Below, one piece after another: positions 39,831 through 50,593 of a DNA stretch of 64,000 nt. A model generated the notes under the pieces. The model was given only the letters and a program-made list of their open reading frames with translations. It had not been told where the DNA came from and made no database searches. The stretch is from Botryllus schlosseri (lineage: Eukaryota): contig CM119373.1 of the NCBI GenBank assembly GCA_051294905.1, forward strand, positions 5,024,001 to 5,088,000, written 5' to 3'. Within the stretch, counting starts at the first letter, position 1. Each line of letters begins with the position of its first letter. Position numbers and translations under genes: made by a program.

Positions 39831-41183
39831 ATGGCTTCAACGGGTAAAGGTTTGTCTTACTTCAATACGAATAAAGCTGCGGGATGGCCGAGCTGGATTG
39901 ATAGATTTGAGATTTGGATGGTGGCAGAGGGTATTACAGACCCTGGCAAGAAACGTGCAAAACTGCTACATGAGGCCGGCGAAGACGTGTATGACATTCT
40001 TAAGACCTTGCCTGACATTGAGGGGGATGAGGATGCGTATGTGAAGACTAAGAAGCAGCTTACGAACTATTTTATCCCGAAGCGGAATAAAATATTTGAA
40101 AGAGACCTCTTCCGGCAAACAAGACAAAATGCTGGTGAGCCCATTCAATCGTACATTACGAGACTGAGGAAATTAGCTGCAACATGTCAGTTTCACAATA
40201 CCGATGAAGAGATTGTGCAGCAGATAGTCTCTTGTGGTTGCGATTCTCGTGTTAGAGAGAAGGCACTGCGACGTGACATGTCTTTGCAGCAATTGTACGA
40301 CTTTGCACAAAGTCTGGAACAATCAAGGCATCAATCGAGGCAGATTGAAAACCACCACCAAGAAGTGCCTGACGCACAGATGCAGGTAAATGCACAACGT
40401 CAAGCAGTGCCATCCGATGGCGAAAGTATGAACAAGCAGAGAAATTACGCTCACGCCTGTTTCCGATGTCGCAGTACAAAACATTTTGCTCGGGCGTGCC
40501 CGTTCAAAGAAAAAGACTGTTCGTTTTGCGGAAGACGAGGGCACAGTGAGAAGGCTTGTCGTTCGAAAGATTCGAATCAATCTTATCGAGAAACGGCTGG
40601 CTCAAGCAGCCAGAATAGAGTGAAAACGCTTAGCGCGGAAGAAACGAGGAGTGAAGCCTTGGAAGAGTACGATGACGGTGACTTCCTGAATTCTATTGGC
40701 AAAGAAGAAAATGCAGATTCTGCTGATTTGGACTTGGGAGATACAAAGCCCTACTTCATTTATCTGGAAGTTGACAATAAACAGCAAGAGCTTGAATTGG
40801 ATTGTGGTGCTGCTCTCACAGTGTATCCACAGCATGTCTTCAGAGAGTTGTGGCCCGATGCCCAACTGAAGGCGTTACCAAGGAAGCTGTATACTTACAC
40901 GCGGCAACCACTGAAGGTCGCTGGATATATGGATGTGTTTGTAAGATATGGAAACTTTGCTGGATATTTGCCATTGATCGTTGTCGACATGCCCAATTTG
41001 TCTGAACGACCATTGTTGGGTAGGAATTGGATAAGAAGCATCAAACCAAGTTGGATATCGATTGACAAAGTCGATGTACAGGCTGGAAAGCCTGATATGG
41101 ATGTACAGCAGCTGCTGAAGAAATACCCTGGCATATCAACTCCTGGTTTAGGCTGTGCTAAGACGACAGCTAAGTTAGGTTAG
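39831..41183 (+). CDS. gag: Gag-protease
   Basis: Two CCHC knuckles (CFRCRSTKHFARAC, CSFCGRRGHSEKAC); protease LDCGA and LLGRNW; first ATG at 39831. Confidence 0.93.
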   Translation: MASTGKGLSYFNTNKAAGWPSWIDRFEIWMVAEGITDPGKKRAKLLHEAGEDVYDILKTLPDIEGDEDAYVKTKKQLTNYFIPKRNKIFERDLFRQTRQNAGEPIQSYITRLRKLAATCQFHNTDEEIVQQIVSCGCDSRVREKALRRDMSLQQLYDFAQSLEQSRHQSRQIENHHQEVPDAQMQVNAQRQAVPSDGESMNKQRNYAHACFRCRSTKHFARACPFKEKDCSFCGRRGHSEKACRSKDSNQSYRETAGSSSQNRVKTLSAEETRSEALEEYDDGDFLNSIGKEENADSADLDLGDTKPYFIYLEVDNKQQELELDCGAALTVYPQHVFRELWPDAQLKALPRKLYTYTRQPLKVAGYMDVFVRYGNFAGYLPLIVVDMPNLSERPLLGRNWIRSIKPSWISIDKVDVQAGKPDMDVQQLLKKYPGISTPGLGCAKTTAKLG

Positions 41184-43887
41184 TGAATCAGTATCTCCGA
41201 AATTTTTCAAAGCTCGTCCTGTACCGTTGGCTTTGAAGGCTGCATATAATGCGGAGATTGACCGACAGGTCAAGATGGGAGTACTGAAACCAGTGAAAAC
41301 TGCAGATTGGGCTGCGCCAGTGGTTACAGTTGTGAAGTCTGATGGAAAGTCAGTGCGCTTGTGTGGGAGTTATGATCTTACAGTGAACAAAGCAAGTAAA
41401 CTGGAACAGTATCCGCTACCGAAAGTGGATGAACTGCTTACGACATTTGCTGGTGGACAGAAATTCTCTGTTATTGACTTGAAGGAAGCTTATCTTCAGT
41501 TACCCTTGGCAGAAGAGAGTCAGAAGTACACCGTGATCAATACTGCTAAGGGGTTGTTTTCAACAAATCGTCTGGTATACGGAATATCCAGTGCTCCAGC
41601 GATATTTCAGCGGTATTTGGAAACACTGCTGAGTGGATTACCCCATGTGGGAGTTTTTCTGGATGATATTGGAGTCACAGGAAAAGACGATGCTGAGCAC
41701 ATGGCGAATTTGGAAGAAGTATTCAGACGATTGGAAGATGAAGGCTTGAAGATCAACACAGAGAAGTGTAAATGGATGGCTCCAGAGATCAAGTATCTGG
41801 GCTACAGCATTAGCAAAGATAGAGTTAGTCCGACCGAGGATAACTTGAAAGCAGTACTTCAGGCGCCAGAACCTGAAAATGTTGCACAAGTACGATCCTA
41901 TCTGGGAATGCTGAATTATTATGGAAAGTTCATCAACAACCTTTCGACGATTGCCGCACCATTATACAAGGTGTTACGTGGTGATGTTAAATGGACTTGG
42001 GGCAAGGAAGAAAGAGACGCTTTTGCTTCTACAAAGAAGTGCTTGTGTCGAGCGCCAGTCCTCGCTCATTTTGATATGAGTGCCGCAGTTATCGTTTCCG
42101 CAGATGCTTCGCCGTATGGGGTTGGCGCGGTTTTGTCGATCGTTACTGATGGTGCAGAAGAAAGGCCCGTTGCGTATGGCTCACGTTCTTTGACAAAGGC
42201 GGAACGCAATTATAGTCAGTTGGACCGGGAAGCGTTGGCTTTGGTTTTTGCCGTGAAAAAGTTTCATTTATTCCTTTACGGAAGATCGTTTGCCCTCGTG
42301 ACTGATCACAAACCTCTTTTGGGTTTGCTGGGCAAGAAAAAACCTCTTCCTGATAACGCATCTCCTCGTTTGATACGATGGAAAGTTCTACTTGATGGGC
42401 ACGAGTACAAGTTGGTTTATAAGCCAGGAGTCCAGCAAGCCAACAGCGATGCGTTGAGTAGACTGCCGCTGCCGGTGAATGGGAAGATAGAGCCATGTGG
42501 AGAAGTCGTGAAGTTGTTGTCAACTATGGATGCTCAGTTGATCAAGGCGGAAACCTTGCGATCCTGTACGATGAAGGATCCAGTGTTGTCAGCAGCGGTG
42601 TCTTACAGCCAGAGAGGCTGGCCAAAAGCGTCAGACTTGGAATTTGAGTTGCATCCGTACAGAAATAAGGAAGCAGAACTCAGTGTTCATGAGGGATGTC
42701 TGTTTTGGGGAGGCAGAGTCGTTGTTCCTTCTCGATGCAGAAATGAGATGTTGATTCTGATGCATGATGGTCATCCTGGAATTTGTGCTATGAAGAAGAT
42801 TGCACGCAGTTACGTGTGGTGGCCTGGATTAGATGCAGATATTGAAGATTTTGTGAAAAGCTGCAACCAGTGTCAACAGCTGAAACCGCAAGCTGCCAAG
42901 GTTCCTATGAGCTCATGGTCATACCCTGATGCTGTTTGGGAAAGAATTCATTTGGATTATTGTGGTCCTGTAGATGGGAAAATGCTGTTGATAGCAGTGG
43001 ATGCATACAGCAAATGGCCGGAAGTTTATACAACGAATGGTGTTACCGCAGAAGAGACTATGAACAGTCTGCGAGGTGGTTTTGCGGCATTTGGTCTACC
43101 TAAAGTATGCGTTACGGATAACGCAGGCTGTTTTGCTGGATCTGAATTTGCGGAGTTCATGAAGCTGAATGGGGTAAAGCATCTGTTTTCACCTCCCAGG
43201 CACCCTGCTTCTAACGGTCAGGCAGAGTCCATGGTAAAACAGTGTAAACTTGGTTTGAAGAAGCAAAAAGCAGCGCCGTTGCAAGTGCGCTTGCACCGTT
43301 GGCTTTTCCGTTATCGGAATACACCTCACAGTTTTACGGGTCAAACGCCGTCGGAAATGATGTATCGTCGAAAAATCAGGACTCACCTGGACTTGGCGGT
43401 CTCCTCATCTCGGTTCTCGAAACCAAGTACAATATTTAAACCGAGAGAAAGTCGGGTTTTCAAAGTTGGAGATCCTGTTTACCTTACTGAGATTGTTAGC
43501 TCTCAGTACAAATGGCTGCCTGGTACAGTTATGGCATGTGAAGGTCAATGTTGCAGGATTAAACTGAAAGATGGAAGATTTTTCAGACGACATTTGGATC
43601 ATATTCGACCTCGCTATACAGTCGAAGAAGAACAGGTTGTTCGTGACGAAATTGAAATGGACAACATTCCAGAACCGGTAGTGGAAAATGCAGAGAGAAG
43701 TTACGAGTCTACTCCATTGGAGTCCAGCGGTTCGAGCGAGGAGAGACAAGTTCCTGTTCCTACCTCTGATCGTGAGATTGAAATGATGAATGACGATGTA
43801 CGAGGACCTCCTTCATCTTCTGGTGGGAGTTCCACAGTTACCAGATCGGGCAGGATCTGTAAACCTCCTGAAAGACTGAATCTCTGA
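41178..43887 (+). CDS. pol: Pol (reverse transcriptase, RNase H, integrase), +1 frame relative to gag-pro
   Basis: 'PKFFKARPVP', RT FLDD, RNase H DASPYGVGAVL/TDHKPL, integrase HHCC and D-D-E (HLDY, TDN, QAE). Confidence 0.95.
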
Positions 43888-44048
43888 TTTTTGTCGGGTG
43901 ACTAAATCTCGTGTTGGACTTTTTCTTGTCGGATTAGTTTGTCACCAGTGACCGTTTTTTTTGCCTTGTAAATGCTTGCTTGTGTGTTTGTTTCATTATT
44001 CTCTCTGTTGTTGTTGTGTGTCTCTCATCCATTAAGGGGAGGAGGAGT

Positions 44049-44258
44049 TGTTGTGTAGTGACTCTACGTACGTTCATTGCATGACAGATCTAGTTAGTGT
44101 GTCACCTGGGCAGTGCACATGTGACTGTCTGGGAGTCGAGCTGATGCGATACTGATGTATGCACGACTGCACGTATTCTGTAAATAGCAATATCTTGGAT
44201 GTAAAAGACGCGTGTATTCACTTGTCTGTATCCTTAGCAAGTTAGTAAGGATAGAACA
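44049..44258 (+). repeat. 3' LTR (210 bp)
   Basis: Follows the PPT; identical to the 5' LTR. Confidence 0.97.
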
Positions 44259-44491
44259 CAGTTTGCCTTTGTGTTCAACGTCTGCATACTGCAGATCAAT
44301 ATAGGCGTTTAATTCTTCGTCCAAATACTTGATGTGAAGCTCATCTTGATCACACAGCACATCTCCAAATATTTCAAGAACTCTCTCTACTATGTCAGAG
44401 GCATTGTCGACAAAAATAGGCCTACAATAATGAAGTAGTGTAGCAGACAATTTCATTGCTATCTGAATAAACATAATATATTAGCAAACGG

Positions 44492-44920
44492 TCATACATG
44501 GCTGTGGTCCGACAGGCATACGCGATGATGAAGTCTTATATATTTTGACCCATTCATTGTATATGCATCAAAAGGTCTCTTGTAGATCAAATCCTTCGGT
44601 GAAAAAGCATAAAAGTTACCAGTCTCACGTATACAGTAACAGTGCAGATGACGATTAAATGTTAACGATTCAATTAATTCACCCAGGATTTTACATTGCT
44701 TGTCAATAATCAAAATGTATTCGACTTTACAAAATATAGGCCCATTCTCATTTTCGCAAACAATAAATATTGAACCGCATTCATACTTATCTGGTCCATC
44801 ATAAAATGTCTTAGCCTTGCCAATTTCATCTGGCAAAATTTGGATGTACCTCTCAGTAAATTTCATTGAATTGTGTATCGCATTGTACATTGTGTGTGTC
44901 TTGATTTGATGAAAACACAA
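44492..44920 (-). pseudogene. C-terminal remnant of EnSpm/CMC-type transposase
   Basis: 'YECGSIFIV...PIFCKVEYILI...FNRHLHCYCI...LIYKRPFDAY...YIRL' matches the tail of animal EnSpm transposases; catalytic core absent. Confidence 0.7.
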
Positions 44921-45055
44921 TCTGATAATTATTTATATTGATACACCCGTTCCATGCTATTGCACTTCGCCGCGAAAATACAGCTGACTGGGACGCCCAA
45001 ATAGATATCATTCATCGAATGGATGCTATTGACGGTGTATGTTATTGACGGAGCC

Positions 45056-45691
45056 ATGAGCAAGACAGCTACTCAATCGGACAAGGAATTTACGCCTGAG
45101 ATGTCTGATTATAATAGTGATCATGAGTTGCATGTGATTCTTAAAGATATTCGTCATCATGGCGATCAAGTGAACAAGCGGATTAAAAGCATTTATGAGT
45201 TGCTGAAAACTCATCATGTTGTTTCGAAGTGTGTGCCATCAATTTTGATGTATGAATGGCATGTTTACAAAGAACTCGTAGAGGCAGAGGAGAGCAGCAA
45301 GCATCAAGATAAATATCTTCTTGCTGACAAACTATATAAGATGTTTCGATCGACTGGTCTTGGTAAAAGGATTATGTCTGACAATGAAATTATATTGTCA
45401 GTGGCTCGGTATCTCGATGCAAAGAACCTTCCCCGGACAGGGGACGAATTTCTGCTTGATGGTGACGAGTTGAAGGATGTCATGGGTACCAGAAAAATAA
45501 AGAGGATAGGAGACGTTTGGGAACATCATACCCCCCATCTCGTCCGTGTGTCTGATAAGCAGATCGAAGAAATGGAATCTATTGACACGTCGCAATGGAT
45601 GATCCAGTTCAACTTGTTGAAGGAGAATGAGCAACGAAACGCCGGGCATCCGAGAAGACTCAACTGCGTATTGACAAATGCCTCGCTATAA
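45056..45691 (+). CDS. intronless protein with SWIB/MDM2-like domain
   Basis: Intact ORF (gccATG at 45056; upstream in-frame ATG at 45023); AATAAA ~20 bp after the stop; 'YLLADKLYKMFRSTGLGKRIMSDNEIILSVARYLDAKNL...DELKDVMG...TPHLVRV' aligns by eye to the SWIB/MDM2 pattern. Confidence 0.75.
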   Translation: MSKTATQSDKEFTPEMSDYNSDHELHVILKDIRHHGDQVNKRIKSIYELLKTHHVVSKCVPSILMYEWHVYKELVEAEESSKHQDKYLLADKLYKMFRSTGLGKRIMSDNEIILSVARYLDAKNLPRTGDEFLLDGDELKDVMGTRKIKRIGDVWEHHTPHLVRVSDKQIEEMESIDTSQWMIQFNLLKENEQRNAGHPRRLNCVLTNASL

Positions 45692-48449
45692 TTACCATGA
45701 GGAAATCAATAAATAAATTTCTGTGGTTGCGTGTTTGATTTGCTTAATTTCAGGTCGCTGATAATAGCCCAAATGAGAGTAGCCATAACATAATAAATAG
45801 AACTCTGACATTGCGCTGAAGAACAGGTAGAGAACCACAACAACGTTATCATTTTTAAAAAGATAATGCAGTTGAAAACATATATGAATGTATCGATTGA
45901 GGAATCTAGCCCGCCAAGCACTTGATTTCCCATATCAGGACCACCGAATAAAATGTCAATATGATACCAATTCTTACTGATCGCGCAAAATTGCCTGCAA
46001 CCAATGACGGCCACGACAGGCGTAGACGTAACGCGAGATATACTGTAAACGCACATAGCATTAACCTCGTTAACCAGAGAGGCGTGTGTTACGATATTTC
46101 TTACTTGAACAGAGTATATAGCCATCAGTCTCGATTTTATCTGTGCTGCAATCTGCCATGCTGTTTTGATTACGAATAAACCACTTCATTACCTCGATCT
46201 GTTTTTACGCAGACATCCTCCCGAATCACGTCAAATCAGCTATCTTGCAACGAGCGTCATTCGAAGATCAAGCAAACTCCCGTCATAGGTCTGGTCTACA
46301 GAATAATAAGTAGGTCGCTATGCGCATAACTTATACATTGTATATTATACTCTCCCCATAATGTGCTATCTTCGCTGACTAAAGACAAGTGCATAACTCA
46401 GTCAGCGTTTATGGTCCCGAGCGGTTGTTCAGAATAATACACGCACAAACCAACTCTATATCTTTCTGTCGATAAATGCCCCCAAGTACAATTGTGTAGA
46501 ATACAATCACGTATAACTTACCGCCTAAATTCCATGACATAAGTTTGTCTTTTATTGTGAGTTTCTTGAACAATGTTGCGACTTCCTGTTAAACTCACTG
46601 CTATATTTTCAAATTACGAAACTATTAAATTCTGATTTTATTCATTCAATTCCTATTTAATGATGCTGATTTGCACGGCTGACCGATTAATATTCTTTCA
46701 CTCTCTCTATGTATCAATAAATGGTATCTGTCAGTCCGTCCGGCCGATATGTTGATTTGACCAGCAGTGACCTTGAGCACATATGCATTCAATCTCGCGA
46801 CATCAACCCCGCGCAAGCATCTCGCGTGTACATATATATATATAGCCCATACGTATTAACGCGCATCAGGCGGTGATGGAAAGATCATATAGCGGGAACG
46901 TATATGTTTCCTCAATTGATCAGAGGATGGGATCGCCGTTATACGCTCAATCCAGGGTGGAAGGATGTAATCCACCGCACTTCAGGGGTGAGAGTAACAT
47001 TCCTACCCCTGTTTCACCTTATCATGGGGTGGAATAGGGTGGTCAACCCTATGTGAGAGGTAGAACACCCAGATCCACCGCTATTCCACCCCAACACCCA
47101 CGCTTATTTTTTACAGTGTACGGTCAGTCGATAGCCAGTCTGGTCTCTTAAGCGCGGAAATACGGCATATAACGAAACATTTTACATAGCTGTAGCGTAA
47201 CATAGCAGCAGCTGTTCTGGTGACGACGGTTTGTATATTCCATTATGATGTGACAATTGACTCACTGATGTAATAACTATATTGAAGTTGAGGATCTCCG
47301 GAATATTTGTAAGGATCTCCGGAATATTTGTAAGTATACTATAATTGATTTATCGGAAATATGGATTTGATAGCTGTGAAGCTGCAGATTGCATCATAAT
47401 AAGCTTCAAAAAGTCTTGCAGTACTAGATTTATCTTCATAGATCGAACCATTGATACGATCCGAAAGCTGTATGCTTTGTCGGTTAGGCTTAGTGTGCAA
47501 TTCATAAAGCTACCAAATAGTGAATAACACATCAATATAGATATGAAAATAACCAGGAAACTTTGCCCAATTTAGTCCCTCTTTCGCCCAATTCAATGAT
47601 TGTTCCGTGACGTAACCTGGTGTTCCATTCTAATTTGAATTCTTGCTACGCCCATATTGCGTACTGCTCATATACGTTGTGGCTGCAATTTAACTCCTTC
47701 TAGTATTCCCAGCTCTAAATACCCTTCACCTCCATTATATTGTGGTTATACACTAATGCTGTGCGGAATAGGCCCGATATATTTTGTACAAATAGGCTAC
47801 GTACAATGTACAATTGTGCATTTGACGTGACATGAAAGAAATTATAAACCAGTATCGTGACAACTTCATAATGTGTCGTATTTTTGCGACACACTTGAGA
47901 TACATCGGTCACACTATAGTAGACAGAGTGAAATTTCAGCCAAAGTACGAGTACCGCAGTGCACGATAAATGTGAATTACAATATGATATTGCGGACTTA
48001 GCTATTATTCATTCATGTCAATGTAGCACACGAACTAATACAACGAATGCTTATTTGTCACTGAAGCTGAAAATATATGCGTAGGCGAATTTACTTGATC
48101 GTACCGGGTTAAATCCATAAAGACTGAACAATGGAACATTGCCGAAGCCTACCCAAGAAGCCTTAAAGACATGGACAACAACAAAGTGGGCGAAAACACG
48201 CATTTTCGGTGGATAATTCAACCCCAAAGAGAATATGTCCTACACGACCTACAGTTAGACACAGCAGAGAAGTTCTCAAGTGCCCACACAACGATCAGTA
48301 CAGTGATTCGACTGAATTTTTAACAAGAATGCAGACTTGCCGCACCCCTGCCTGCTTAACCAGGCTTCTGACCGACACAGACTTAAAACTTCAACAGTCA
48401 AGTTTTGTGGAAGCGGCTAGCGCGGATTGAATCCCAAACTTCATATTTG

Positions 48450-48664
48450 TCTGACAAAAGGTGTCATCTTTAACAATTCACCCCAAATGCCAGTGCTTGG
48501 GGTGTATATCTTATGGTATATGTGTGTAGGGGTGTGTGTTCGGCTCATTTCCACCAATAGCTTAGGTGTAAATGACAAATTTAGTACCCATTAGGTGTGA
48601 TGACCCAAAACACACCCTAGGCTAGGGTGTGGATTACGAAAACACACCATTTTGGTTTACAGTG
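48450..48664. mobile_element. right end of another CACTG-type element
   Basis: Ends TTTTGGTTTACAGTG with GGTGT/ACACC subterminal repeats; partner TIR not found. Confidence 0.55.
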
Positions 48665-48665
48665 T

Positions 48666-49500
48666 GAGACCTCTTTTCCATAAATATATTCCCACAAATA
48701 TCGCACTGATAGGGTTTCATGCCAGCGTATGGGTGTTTAACCGAGTTTTCTGATGAAACGCCTCTGCACAGATCGTACAATTGTGGTATTTTTCATCTTT
48801 GTTCTGACCTAGCGATAGGCTTTAATAAACTTATTCTGCAACAGACGACAAATGAGATATACAGTATAGGAACAGTTCAGATACGATAACACAAGACCAA
48901 CACCTAAAACAACTGACAACGGATTACCTACTCACAGCACTAGGTAAGGAGAGTGAGCGTAATCAACGTGAATCAATCAATGATGGAAAGTACATACAGA
49001 TAAGGAATAGTACAATCTTACAGTAGACCCATATGCCGACTGAAAGCATTTTCGACCGAACTCTTTCGCACAAATATCACACCGATGTGGTCTAACACCG
49101 ATATGATCGTTTAAATTCCGGGGCTGAGAAAACGTCTCTGCACAGATCCAGCATTCGTGGTTTTTGATACCCAGATGTGTAGCTACATGGTTGACGAGAT
49201 CGATTTTTCGGGTGAACTTCTTGCCGCAGATACAAAACACGTGGTGTTTACTGTCAGAGTGAAGAGTCGTGTGCATCGTCAGATGATCCTTCCGAATACA
49301 TTTTTTCGCACAAATTCGACACTAGTGGTTTCTCGCGCCGTCGCGGATACCCATCTGCCTCATGAAACTACTTTCTCGAGTAAAACTCTCCCCACAAATA
49401 CCACAGTGATGGTTACCCGGAGTGAGCATCCAGATGGATTTTTAGGTTCCGTCTTCGAGGTAAATTCCTTCGGACAGATCCAACATGGAAACGACTCCAT
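48666..49500 (-). pseudogene. decayed C2H2 zinc-finger array
   Basis: 'CICGKKFTRKIDLVNHVATHLGIKNHECWICAETF', 'RPHRCDICAKEF', 'KPYQCDICG'; frameshifts and deletions. Confidence 0.85.
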
Positions 49501-50106
49501 AGTTAGTTAGCTTGCACACTAAAATATTTCCTGTGTATTACAAAAAATGTTAAGCCACTCGGTACTGATGAATAATCACGAAGTAATTATAACAGCTCGG
49601 CTGTATCATTACTAATCCTAATTTATAGGACTGATTGGGTGACTCGTGTACTCACAACTTGAAACCTATTCTTAACCAGACATTAACATGACAAACTAAA
49701 ATAAAATAGTTTTACTAATTAATCAGCGAACACGGAGCAAAATAGTTGTACTAATCAGACATCAATAGAAACATACCTATATACATAGACGCTGTATTTA
49801 ATAATTTTTATGTGATGTTTTACCGCTATAATGAACTATTTAGAAGTTGAAATGTCATCGATTTACAGGTAATGTGTAAGCACCTCTGAAATTGCTGAGC
49901 CGCCGTCGCTGATGTATGTATCTACAGTGGGTCGGCATATACACTGCTGTAGTGACCATGTTTGGCCCAACCTACGCATGTGTACATGGATTTTCGCATT
50001 TAAAAGGAGGATATCGACAAACCTGGGTTCTCGTACCAAAAATTTCGCAAAGGAGGGAGGATATCGACAAACCTGCGTTCTCGTATCAAAAATTTCGCAT
50101 GCTTCA

Positions 50107-50593
50107 AGGGGCACTGCGCTCTAAAAATGATGTGGTCTCAAATTGAAGGTAAAAACGAACAAAAATTTTTGGCCGCGGCTATTTCCTTCAGAACGCCACC
50201 GTAATGGAGCTGCAATTTATTGAAATTTCTACAAGACCAGCTGCCGCGGCTGCTTAACCCGTTACATGGCACGATATTTTCACCGTCGCACTTGCTTGAC
50301 GCGATTAGGCAGTCACGCAGAGAACGAATTTTAGATAGTTGTCAGCCGATGTTATGAAGGAAATGTGTCTAAGTTTCGTTCTCTGCGTGACTGCCTTATC
50401 ACGTCGAGCAAGTGCGACGATGAATACATCGTACCATACGGGTTAAGCAGCAGCGTCAGCTGGTCTTGTGGAAATTTCAATAAATTGCAGCTCCATTACG
50501 GTGGCGTTCTGAAGGAAATGGCTGCGGCCAAAAATTTTTGTTCGTTTTTACCTTCAATTTGAGACCACATCATTTTTAGAGCGCAGTGCCCGT
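50107..50593. mobile_element. foldback (long-TIR) non-autonomous element, Kolobok-like
   Basis: ~230-bp near-perfect inverted arms with a short spacer; TTAA on the right flank and a degenerate TTAA-like site on the left. Confidence 0.8.

Larger units (their letters stand above)
39540..44258 (+). mobile_element. full-length Ty3/Gypsy LTR retrotransposon (Mag-like)
   Basis: TG...CA LTRs; 5-bp TSD CAGTT; PBS TGGCGACGAGGAT (complementary to the tRNA-Ser(GCU) 3' end); PPT AAGGGGAGGAGGAG; PR-RT-RH-IN order. Confidence 0.98.
35923..44456 (-). pseudogene. spliced SAMD3-like transposon accessory gene, disrupted by Gypsy insertion
   Basis: GT-AG exons 44456-44259+39534-39498, 38923-38783, 38041-37878, 37583-37434, 37336-37102, 37025-36926, 36867-36694, 36630-36415, 36349-; motifs 'IKYLDEELNAYIDL', 'YPEPEQYKNACKTLVNMYPVLKD', 'WKSRIITKFKDYRRRL', 'MKLTFQLRR...VLEKYPIL' match SAMD3-like TE proteins. 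Confidence 0.75.
34089..47118 (-). mobile_element. CMC/EnSpm (CACTG) DNA transposon, transposase mostly deleted
   Basis: TIRs CACTGTAAAAA/TTTTTACAGTG; 2-bp TA TSD; CCACCC/GGGTGG-rich subterminal regions; EnSpm-type transposase tail and SAMD3-like gene inside. Confidence 0.8.

Noticed and set aside
39966..43749. Multiple minus-strand and alternate-frame ORFs inside the Gypsy element
   Set aside because: Shadows of gag/pol with no domain motifs
44094..44474. 126-aa standalone ORF
   Set aside because: Chimera of the SAMD3-like exon reading into the antisense LTR
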